From the NCBI GenBank assembly GCA_035502495.1, contig DATJUK010000141.1:22545-86544 (forward strand): 64,000 bases of DNA, in the 5' to 3' direction. Each line of letters starts with the position of its first letter. Position 1 is the stretch's first letter. Below the pieces are notes generated by a model. That model had not been told where the DNA came from. It was given only the letters and a program-made list of their open reading frames with translations, and searched no databases. The position numbers and the translations under genes were made by a program. This DNA comes from Solirubrobacterales bacterium (GTDB taxonomy: Bacteria > Actinomycetota > Thermoleophilia > Solirubrobacterales > 70-9). Of the stretch, positions 51,185 through 59,512 are shown piece by piece.

Positions 51185-51216
51185 GGCCGTGTCAGGCAAG
51201 CTCGCCTGACACGGCC
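51185..51216. terminator. 13-bp-arm hairpin between convergent MMPL and P4 genes
   Basis: GGCCGTGTCAGGC-AAGCTC-GCCTGACACGGCC. Confidence 0.55.
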
Positions 51217-51223
51217 ACCGGCG

Positions 51224-52027
51224 CTACTTCTTCTTCGGCTTCTTCGGTTCGGCCTTCGGCGTGCAGGCTTGGCTGTGGGTGGCTTCGATCGTGGTGCCGT
51301 CTTTGTAGGTGAAGGCGCCGCGGTACTTGAGCTTCTTCGAGGCCGGGCATTTGGCGTTGATGAAGCTCATCTTCTTGCCTTTGTAGGTCCAGGTCTTCTG
51401 GATCTTCACCTTGAAGTCGGTGATCGCGCCGGAACCGCCGGCGATCGGCGGGATCGTCACGTCGAGGCGCGGGCCGTAGCCTTCCTTGCCGTAGTTGGAG
51501 ACGACCCCGGTCAGGACCAGGGTGGTCTGGACCGGCGAGGTGCCGTAGGCGTGCAGGAGGACCACCGGTCTACCGCCCTGCGGGACGCCGTTGAAGGCGG
51601 TCACCTTGGTCGGCTCGGTGTAGAGGACGCCCAGGGGCAGCAAAGTGGTCGCTTCGCCGCTGCCGATCTTGGCCTTGGCGCACACCCGTTCGGCGACTTC
51701 GGTCGAGGCGCTCTGCAGCTGCGAGGCGTTGCAGGTCGGCAGGCCCTTGGTCGCCAGCGCGAGGTTCTGGTCGAAGTCGATGACGTCGTGGACCGCCGGG
51801 CTCGGGGCGCCGGTGGTCGAGTTGGTGCTTCCCGTCTTGACGTCGACGAAGAGCGAGCCCGGCGAGAAGGTCTTCTTGTAGAGCGCCTTGGGCGAGACCG
51901 TCGCTTCCATCGACTGGGTGTTGCCGTCGGGGCCGGTCACGGTTTCCCCGGCGAGGGCCGCGGAGACGGGGATCGCGATCGCCACGAGGGCGGCAAGGCT
52001 CGCGATCAAAATGAAACGTTTGCGCAT
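51224..52027 (-). CDS. P-family member P4: exported 4-Cys protein with a Lys/Pro-rich tail
   Basis: MRKRFILIASLAALVAIAIPVSAALA signal, AGGAG SD. GLPTC..EVAERVCAKAKIGSG, AFNGVP, LHAY, IPPIAGGSG, SFINAKC, terminal C, then ..KAEPKKPKKK. Confidence 0.78.
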   Translation of the reverse strand: MRKRFILIASLAALVAIAIPVSAALAGETVTGPDGNTQSMEATVSPKALYKKTFSPGSLFVDVKTGSTNSTTGAPSPAVHDVIDFDQNLALATKGLPTCNASQLQSASTEVAERVCAKAKIGSGEATTLLPLGVLYTEPTKVTAFNGVPQGGRPVVLLHAYGTSPVQTTLVLTGVVSNYGKEGYGPRLDVTIPPIAGGSGAITDFKVKIQKTWTYKGKKMSFINAKCPASKKLKYRGAFTYKDGTTIEATHSQACTPKAEPKKPKKK

Positions 52028-52217
52028 TGAGTTGCTCCTGAATCGGAAATTTGCGGATCGCCTCCCAGTTCCCCAACCGGTCCGCGGCGCCAGAGTAGCG
52101 CGTTGATTTCCAGTTAAGTCCCCGCTCAGGCGCCGTTTAGCCGGGAATGGCTCGGATACGATTCGCGCGCCCGTTCCGCAGGGTCGAGGGGGCCAGGGAG
52201 GGGGCAAGCGACGACCC

Positions 52218-53618
52218 GTGGCTGCGAAACCCCAAGGCGAGGAGAAACGCTCGGCTCCGAGCCGAGGGACCACTCCTGCCCGGCTCGCGGCGATCGGGGC
52301 CCTGGCGGCGGTGGTGATCGTGCTCGCGATCGTGCTCTTCAGCGGCGGCGGCGGCCACAAGTACACCTTCATGTTCCAGAACGCCGGCCAGCTGGTGAAC
52401 GACAACCAGGTGCTGATCGGCGGCTCGCCGGTGGGGACCGTCTCCAGCATCGAACTGAGCCCCGAGAACCTGGCCGAAGTCAACGTCGAAGTCGAACAGG
52501 AACTGCACGAAGGGACGACGGCGGTGATCCGCGCGACCTCGCTCTCCGGCGTCGCCAACCACTACCTCTCGATCAGCCCTGGCCCGAACTCGAATCCGGC
52601 GCTCGAAGAAGGGGCCACGCTGGGCCTCTCCTCGACCACGACGCCCGTCGATATCGACCAGTTCTTCAACAGCTTCCCGCCGAAGGTGCGCGAAGGCCTG
52701 CAGAACTTCATCAAAGGCAACGGGCAGATCTATGCCGGGCGCGGCAAGGAAGCCAACGAAAGCTACAAGTACTTCGGCACGGCGCTGAACAGGAGCGCTC
52801 ATTTCGCCTCCGAACTGAACGCCGACGAACAGCTGCTCTCGCACTTCCTGGTCAGCTCGGCGAAGCTGACCTCGGCGATCTCCGGACGCGGCGCCCAGCT
52901 CTCCAGCGCGATCTCCAACGCGACCACCGCGTTCCAGTCGATCAACACCCAGAACGTCGCCCTCGACCAGGCCCTGCAGGAGCTGCCCCCGGTCCTGCGC
53001 CAGTCGAACACCACCTTCGTCAACCTGCGCGCCGCGCTCGACGACGTCGAACCGCTGATCAACACGGCCAAGCCGGCGACGAAGAACCTGGCCCCGTTCC
53101 TCGCCGAACTGCGCCCGGTGATCAGCAAATTCATCCCGTTCACGCGCAACTTCGGCCTGGCGCTGAGCAGGCCCGGCCCGCACAACGACACGCAAGAGCT
53201 CCTGGCGATCATGCCGACCGTCCAGACGCGCGCCTCCCGCACCTTCCCCCACGCCGAAGGGGCGATCGCCGCCTTCCAGCCGCAGTTGAGCTTCCTCCGC
53301 TCCTACACCCCGGATTTCTTCAACGGGATCTCGAAGCTGGGGCAGATCAGCGGCTACTACGACGGCAACGGCAACTACGTCCGCGCGGCGACGACGTTGC
53401 AGAACATGTTCAAGAACGAAAACGGGACGCTGAACGTGATCCCGAAGTCGGAACAGCTCGCCCCCCTCGGCGGGCCTTCGGCGACGCCGACGCGTTGCCC
53501 GGGCGGAGCGGCGCAGGCGCCCGCCGACAACTCGGCTCCCTACGTGAACCCGCCGCACGGCGGCAGCGGCGTCGGCGCATCGGACTGCAACCCCTCGCAG
53601 GCGGTGGGCGGTCCGTGA
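52218..53618 (+). CDS. MCE/MlaD-family protein 1 of 6
   Basis: N-terminal TM, MCE domain (YTFMFQNAGQLVNDNQVLIGGSPVGTVSSIEL...LSGVANHYLSISPG), long helical region, Cys-pair tail. Confidence 0.9.
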   Translation: MAAKPQGEEKRSAPSRGTTPARLAAIGALAAVVIVLAIVLFSGGGGHKYTFMFQNAGQLVNDNQVLIGGSPVGTVSSIELSPENLAEVNVEVEQELHEGTTAVIRATSLSGVANHYLSISPGPNSNPALEEGATLGLSSTTTPVDIDQFFNSFPPKVREGLQNFIKGNGQIYAGRGKEANESYKYFGTALNRSAHFASELNADEQLLSHFLVSSAKLTSAISGRGAQLSSAISNATTAFQSINTQNVALDQALQELPPVLRQSNTTFVNLRAALDDVEPLINTAKPATKNLAPFLAELRPVISKFIPFTRNFGLALSRPGPHNDTQELLAIMPTVQTRASRTFPHAEGAIAAFQPQLSFLRSYTPDFFNGISKLGQISGYYDGNGNYVRAATTLQNMFKNENGTLNVIPKSEQLAPLGGPSATPTRCPGGAAQAPADNSAPYVNPPHGGSGVGASDCNPSQAVGGP

Positions 53619-55165
53619 AAAAGCTGATCGCCGGAGCAGTGGTGGTGGCCGCGATCGTCGTCGCGGTGATCCTGATCGCGGGCGGCGGCTCGGGCGAAGG
53701 CTACGTCGTGCGCGCCGTCTTCGACCAAGGCTCGTTCATGGTCAGCGGTGAGCAGGTGCGCGTCGCCGGCGCCAACGTGGGGGAAATCAAGTCGGTGGGG
53801 GTCTCCTTGCCGGGCGAACCGACGGCGATCGAAGACGGCAAGTTCAAGGACGTCCCGGGCAAGGCGATCATCGAGCTCGAAATCACCGATCCCGGCTTCC
53901 AGGACTTCCGCCAGGACGCCAGCTGCGAAATCCGGCCGCAGTCGCTGATCGGCGAGAAGTACGTCAACTGCACGCCGACCGTGCCGCGGGCGCCGGGCCA
54001 GCAGGAGGCCCCGCCGCTGAAACAGATCCCGGCAGGCGAACCTGGCGCGGGCCAGTATCTGCTGCCGCTCGGCAGCAACACGACCAGCGTCGATCCCGAC
54101 CTGATCAACGACATCCAGTCGCTCCCCTACGCGCAGCGCTTCCGGCTGATCTTCAACGAACTCGGGGCCGGGCTGGCGGGCCGCGGGGAAGACCTGGAAG
54201 CGGCGATCAAGCGCGCCAACCCGACCTTGCGCAACGTCGACCTCCTGTTCAAGCAACTGACCGAAGAGAAGCATCAGCTCGCCCAACTGGCCTCCGACTC
54301 GAAGGAAATCCTCGAACCGCTGACGCGCGAAAAGCAACACGTGGTCGGCTTCCTCGCCCATTCCGGCGAAGCGGCCGAAGCGAGCTCGGCGCACGGGCCG
54401 GAACTCGAAGAGGCGCTGCAGAAGTTCCCCCGGTTCCTGACCGAGTTCCGCGCGACGATGGCCAATCTCAAGGAGTTCTCCGACGCGGGCACGCCGCTGC
54501 TCGAAGACCTCGGGGTGGCGGCGCCGTCGCTGACCGACGCGACCCGGGCCCTGACGCCGTTCTCGAAAGCGACGACGACGGCGCTCACCAGCCTCGGCAG
54601 CGTGGGCGAAGAAGCGGGCCCGGTCTTCGCGGAAGCGACGCCGGTGGTGCGGAAGGCGAGCAAGCTGGCGATCAGCGGCGAAGTGTCGACCGCCGAACTC
54701 GCCCATCTGTTCGTCAGCATCAAGGAAACCGGTGGGTGGAACGGTCTCACCGAACTGATCTACAACACGGCGCTTTCGCTGAACGGCTTCGACAAATACG
54801 GCCACTACGGCCGCACGCTGCTCAATCTGACCGCCTGCATCGAATACATCCCGCATCCGGGCGGCTACAGCGGCTGCGTGGCGCGGTTCCACGGATACCA
54901 GGCGTCGGAAAGCGAAACGGAAACCAGCGCCCGGGCGCTGGTGCGTCTGATCAATCGCCTCGACACCGAACGAGCGGAACTGGCCGAAGCCGAAAACGGG
55001 GGTACCGCCGCCGAGAAGCCCGCCGCCACCCTGGGCGGGGCGCGCTCGGCCGAAGGAACCGCGCCCGCGCGACGCGGCGGCGGCGAAGGCAACCCGGGCC
55101 TCGGTGAAGCGACGACCACCGAAGGGGCGACCGAACCCCTTCTCGACTACCTCCTGGGCCAATGA
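53615..55165 (+). CDS. MCE/MlaD-family protein 2 of 6
   Basis: The GTG overlaps the previous stop (GTGA). TM, MCE domain (YVVRAVFDQGSFMVSGEQVRVAGANVGEIKSV...LIGEKYVNCTP), helical region, acidic/Gly tail. Confidence 0.9.
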   Translation: MKKLIAGAVVVAAIVVAVILIAGGGSGEGYVVRAVFDQGSFMVSGEQVRVAGANVGEIKSVGVSLPGEPTAIEDGKFKDVPGKAIIELEITDPGFQDFRQDASCEIRPQSLIGEKYVNCTPTVPRAPGQQEAPPLKQIPAGEPGAGQYLLPLGSNTTSVDPDLINDIQSLPYAQRFRLIFNELGAGLAGRGEDLEAAIKRANPTLRNVDLLFKQLTEEKHQLAQLASDSKEILEPLTREKQHVVGFLAHSGEAAEASSAHGPELEEALQKFPRFLTEFRATMANLKEFSDAGTPLLEDLGVAAPSLTDATRALTPFSKATTTALTSLGSVGEEAGPVFAEATPVVRKASKLAISGEVSTAELAHLFVSIKETGGWNGLTELIYNTALSLNGFDKYGHYGRTLLNLTACIEYIPHPGGYSGCVARFHGYQASESETETSARALVRLINRLDTERAELAEAENGGTAAEKPAATLGGARSAEGTAPARRGGGEGNPGLGEATTTEGATEPLLDYLLGQ

Positions 55166-56604
55166 GGAACCGGCACGGAGGATTCGCGGTGAGCCCGGTG
55201 CTGGTCGGCGCCGTGACGGTGCTGGTGATCATCGTCGCCGTCTTCCTCGCCTACAACGCCAACAACGGCCTGCCGTTCGTCTCGACCTACGACCTGAAGG
55301 CGCGGCTGCCCAACGCCGACGCGCTGGTGAAGGCGAACGAGGTGCGGATCGGCGGCGCCCGGGTCGGGGTGGTCAAGTCGGTGGTCCCGGTGCAGAGGAA
55401 GAACGGGGCGGTCGAAGCGGAACTCACCCTGAGCCTCGACAAGAGCGCCGAACCGATCCCCAACGACTCGACCATCGAGGTGCGGCCGAAATCGCCGCTC
55501 GGCCTCAAGTACCTGCAGATCACCCCGGGAAGCTCGACCGTCGGCTACAAGGCCGGCGAAACGATCCCGGTCCGCTACGCGACGCCGGAACCGGGGGACA
55601 TCGACAAATTCTTCGACATGTTCAACACGCCGACCCGCAAGGCGATCCAGCGCAACCTGGCGGGCTTCGGCAACGCCCTGGCCGGGCGCGGGCCGCAGCT
55701 GAACGAAGCGATCGGGGCATTGCGCGGCTTTCTCGAAGAAGGCGAACCGGCCTCGGCGACCCTGGCCTCGCCGACGACCAACTTCGCCGGCTTCTTCCGC
55801 GCGGTGGCGGCGCTCTCGGCGACGGTGGCCCCGGTGGCGGGAGAGCAGGCGAGCATGTTCGTCGCCCTCGACCGGACCTTCGCCGCCTTCGCCCACGTCT
55901 CCAGCCCCTACATCGAAGAAACGATCGAAAAGGGCCCGCCGACGCTGGACACGGTCAACGCCGGGCTGCCGAAGATCAACCCGTTCCTGCACGACACCGC
56001 GCGCTTCTTCACCGCCCTGCGCCCTGGCGCCAAGGCGCTGGAGGAAACCTCGCCGATCATCGCCGAATCCCTCCACGCCGGGATCCCGGCGCTGAACGCC
56101 TCGCCGGTCCTCAACAACCAGCTGCTGCCGACCGCGCAGGCGCTGGTCGCCTTCCAGGAAGCCGAAGGGACGATGACCGGCCTGCAGCTGCTCACCGACC
56201 TGAACGAAAACCTCGAAGCGCCGCTGCGGTTCATCACCCCGGCGCAGACCACCTGCAACTACTTCTCCTTGACCTTCACCCAGGTGGCGAGCGCGTCTGG
56301 AGGCGGCAACAAGTACGGCAAGTGGCTGAACTTCATCTCCTTCCCGCCCCCGGAAGGAACCAACAGCGAGTCCGGGCAGGCTTCGGCGCCCGCGAACGGT
56401 CCCAAAGGCAATCATCTCCACTACAACCCGCTGCCCAACACCGCGGCGCCCGGCCAGGCGCGCGGCTGCGAAGCCGGTAACGCGAAATACGCGGAAGGCC
56501 AGACCGTGATCGGCGAAGCACCGCAGGTGTGGTCGGAACAGACCGAAGGCATCTCGCAGGCCAGCGGATCGGAATCCGGATCCGGGGGAGGCGGCAGCGA
56601 ATGA
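55162..56604 (+). CDS. MCE/MlaD-family protein 3 of 6
   Basis: ATGA overlap. TM, MCE domain (YDLKARLPNADALVKANEVRIGGARVGVVKSV...PLGLKYLQITPG). Confidence 0.9.
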   Translation: MRNRHGGFAVSPVLVGAVTVLVIIVAVFLAYNANNGLPFVSTYDLKARLPNADALVKANEVRIGGARVGVVKSVVPVQRKNGAVEAELTLSLDKSAEPIPNDSTIEVRPKSPLGLKYLQITPGSSTVGYKAGETIPVRYATPEPGDIDKFFDMFNTPTRKAIQRNLAGFGNALAGRGPQLNEAIGALRGFLEEGEPASATLASPTTNFAGFFRAVAALSATVAPVAGEQASMFVALDRTFAAFAHVSSPYIEETIEKGPPTLDTVNAGLPKINPFLHDTARFFTALRPGAKALEETSPIIAESLHAGIPALNASPVLNNQLLPTAQALVAFQEAEGTMTGLQLLTDLNENLEAPLRFITPAQTTCNYFSLTFTQVASASGGGNKYGKWLNFISFPPPEGTNSESGQASAPANGPKGNHLHYNPLPNTAAPGQARGCEAGNAKYAEGQTVIGEAPQVWSEQTEGISQASGSESGSGGGGSE

Positions 56605-58073
56605 ACCGCCGACGACAGCGGATCCCGAACTGGCTGATCGCCGTGATCTTCATCCTCGTCTTCACGGTCGGCCCGTACCTGGCCTTCACCAAACACATCC
56701 CGTTCACCAGCTACGGCTACGAGCTGAAGGCGACCTTCGCCAACTCGGCGAACATCGCCGAGAAATCGCCGGTGCGCATCGCCGGGGTCGAAGTCGGCAA
56801 AGTCATCTCCAGCGAACGGGACGGCGACGCGACCACGGTCACCTTCACCGTCGACGACACCGGCCGGCCGATCCACGAGAACGCCTTCGCCTCGATCCGG
56901 CCGCGGATCTTCCTCGAGGGCAACTTCTTCATCGAACTCGACCCGGGCAGTCCGGGCGCCCCCGAACTGAAGAGCGGCGGCACGATCCCGCTCAGCCGCA
57001 CCTCGACCGCGGTGCAGATCGACGAAGTGCTGACCGCGCTGCAGTCGCCGGTCCGCGCCGACCTCGGCCGGCTGCTGGAGAGCTACGGCAGCGCGCTGAC
57101 CCATGAACCGTCGCCTGCCGAAGACCTCGATCAGCTGCCGCAGGTGTCGGGTCTCTCCGGCGGTCAGGCGCTGAACAAGGTCTTCGAATTCGGCGGCGAA
57201 GCGGGCAAATACACGTCCCAGGTGACCCAGGCGTTGACCGGGACCGAACCGCATGACCTCGCCCGCCTGGTCGCCGGGACCGGGCGCACCGCGGCGGCCT
57301 TCGCCGCCGACCAGCAGGATCTGCAGGGGCTGATCGACAACTTCAACACCTTCACCGGGGCGCTCGCCAACCAGTCGGACAACCTGGCGACCACGGTTCA
57401 CCTGCTGGCCCCGACCCTGAAGACCGCGCATACCTCGCTGGTCAGCCTCAACAACTCGCTGCCGCCGCTGCGCACCTACGCGATCGAGTTGACCCCGGCG
57501 GTCGCCGAGCTGCCCGGGCTGATCAAGGCCTCGAAACCGTGGCTCGCCCAGGTGCGGCCGCTGCTCTCCGGCAAGGAGGGGGGAGGAGCGGTGAGGCTGC
57601 TGGCCGAATCGACCCCGGGGCTGGCCGGCGCGGCGCAGGCGGGTAACCAGGTCGCGCTGCCGCAACTGAACCGACTCAGCCTCTGCACCACCCAGGTGCT
57701 GGTGCCGACGGGCAACCAGGTGATCAAGGACCAGTTCAGCACCGGCCAGCCGAACTACCGCGAATTCCTCTACGACCTCACCAACTTCGCGGCCGCGGCG
57801 CAGAACTTCGACGGCAACGGCCCGTTCCTCCGCGCCAACGCGGGCGGTGGGGCGACGCTCGTCGGCGAACCGAACCCGAGCGGCAACCTCGAAAGCGACA
57901 AGATCAACTACTCGCACGTGGCCGAAGTCCCGCTCGGCACGCAGCCCCAGCCGGGCACCAAGCCGCCGCTGAAGCCCGAAGTGCGCTGCGACACGAACCC
58001 GGTTCCCGACGTGAACGGCGCGGCGAGCAGCGTCGGCCCCGCTTCCCCGTCGACCTCCGGAGTGGTCCATTGA
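56601..58073 (+). CDS. MCE/MlaD-family protein 4 of 6
   Basis: ATGA overlap. TM, MCE domain (YELKATFANSANIAEKSPVRIAGVEVGKVISS...FLEGNFFIELDPG). Confidence 0.9.
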   Translation: MNRRRQRIPNWLIAVIFILVFTVGPYLAFTKHIPFTSYGYELKATFANSANIAEKSPVRIAGVEVGKVISSERDGDATTVTFTVDDTGRPIHENAFASIRPRIFLEGNFFIELDPGSPGAPELKSGGTIPLSRTSTAVQIDEVLTALQSPVRADLGRLLESYGSALTHEPSPAEDLDQLPQVSGLSGGQALNKVFEFGGEAGKYTSQVTQALTGTEPHDLARLVAGTGRTAAAFAADQQDLQGLIDNFNTFTGALANQSDNLATTVHLLAPTLKTAHTSLVSLNNSLPPLRTYAIELTPAVAELPGLIKASKPWLAQVRPLLSGKEGGGAVRLLAESTPGLAGAAQAGNQVALPQLNRLSLCTTQVLVPTGNQVIKDQFSTGQPNYREFLYDLTNFAAAAQNFDGNGPFLRANAGGGATLVGEPNPSGNLESDKINYSHVAEVPLGTQPQPGTKPPLKPEVRCDTNPVPDVNGAASSVGPASPSTSGVVH

Positions 58074-59512
58074 GCGACCAGACGCCGAAACCCGCTCGCG
58101 GCCCCGCGCCCGAACGCCGCAGCCGGATCGGGCACTTCCGCGCCTGGCTCGGACGCCAGGCCCGCGGTCACCGCACCGACACGATCGCGATCCTGCTCCT
58201 CGCCTTCGTCGGCGTCGTGATGATGCTCGGGATCTTCACCCAGCAGAAAGCCTCGTTGCCATCGTGGCTCCCCGTGGTCGGCGAAGAATTCGACCACATC
58301 TCGGCCGAGTTCACCACCGCCCAGGCGGTCACCCCCGGCCAGGGGCAGGCGGTCGACGTCGCCGGCATCCAGATCGGCAAGGTCGCCTCGGTCAACCTCG
58401 AAGACGGCCACGCGGTGGTCGGGATGGAGATCGAGCCGAAGTACATGAAGCTGATCCACCCGGACGCGCAGTTCCTGCTGCGGCCGAAAACCGGCCTCAA
58501 CGACATGATCGTCGAGGTCGAACCGGGCAGTGGCGAAGGTGAGGTCAAGGACGGCCACGTGTTCGGTCTCTCCCAGACCGAACCGAACGTCAACCTCGAC
58601 CAGTTCCTCGCCAGCCTCGACGCCGACACGCGCCAGTACATCCAGCTGTTGGTGGCGGGCGGGGCGCAGGCCGTCGGCGGCCACAGCAAGGAGCTCGGCG
58701 ACGTGTTCCGCCGCTTCGAGCCGTTCGTCGAATACAACGCGAAGCTGAACAAGGCGCTCGCCGGTCGGCGCACGCAGCTTGCCCGGGTGATCCACCTGTT
58801 CGGCGAGCTCACCACCGAACTCGGCAGGCACGACCAGCAGGTCCGCCGCTTCGTCAGCTCCTCGAACAAGGCGCTCGGCAACTTCGCCAACCAACAGCAG
58901 GCGCTCGAAAAGACCTTCGAAGAGTTCCCCTCGACCTTGCGGGTGGCCGGCGAAGGCCTCGCCAGCTCGAACGAATTCTCCCAGGTGGCGCTGCCGACGC
59001 TGACCAAGCTGATCCCGCAGGCGCAGGCCTCGGCCCCGGCGTTCAAGGCGACCGAGAAGCTCTTCGCGAAGACGACCGAACCGATCCGGGACGGCATCCG
59101 GCCGCTCACGCGCGAAGTTCGCCCGCTGCTGGTCCAGGCCAACAAGGGCTCCGAACCCCTCGAAAAGACCGTGCGCAGCTTCGGCGAAAGCCTCGGCGGC
59201 CTCAACTCCTTCTTCAACGAGCTCGCCTACAAACCGAAGGGCGGCCAGAGCTATCTCTTCTACCTGCCCTGGGCCAACCACAACCTGAACAGTGCATTCA
59301 GCGTGCAGGACGCGAACGGGCCCGTGCTGCGCGGTCTGCTCGGGATCAGCTGCACGGGCGCGGAACTCGCGTACCAGGACGCGGAAAAACAGCGGCTGGA
59401 AAACAAACCGTTCCTCGAAACCCTCCTGCAGCTGCTCAACGTGCCGCAGAAGCAGGAAATCCCGGTGCCGTTCAAAACCTACTTCGGCCACTGCGAACGG
59501 ACGAAGAATTGA
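58070..59512 (+). CDS. MCE/MlaD-family protein 5 of 6
   Basis: TTGA overlap. TM, MCE domain (ISAEFTTAQAVTPGQGQAVDVAGIQIGKVASV...GLNDMIVEVEPG). Confidence 0.88.
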   Translation: MSDQTPKPARGPAPERRSRIGHFRAWLGRQARGHRTDTIAILLLAFVGVVMMLGIFTQQKASLPSWLPVVGEEFDHISAEFTTAQAVTPGQGQAVDVAGIQIGKVASVNLEDGHAVVGMEIEPKYMKLIHPDAQFLLRPKTGLNDMIVEVEPGSGEGEVKDGHVFGLSQTEPNVNLDQFLASLDADTRQYIQLLVAGGAQAVGGHSKELGDVFRRFEPFVEYNAKLNKALAGRRTQLARVIHLFGELTTELGRHDQQVRRFVSSSNKALGNFANQQQALEKTFEEFPSTLRVAGEGLASSNEFSQVALPTLTKLIPQAQASAPAFKATEKLFAKTTEPIRDGIRPLTREVRPLLVQANKGSEPLEKTVRSFGESLGGLNSFFNELAYKPKGGQSYLFYLPWANHNLNSAFSVQDANGPVLRGLLGISCTGAELAYQDAEKQRLENKPFLETLLQLLNVPQKQEIPVPFKTYFGHCERTKN

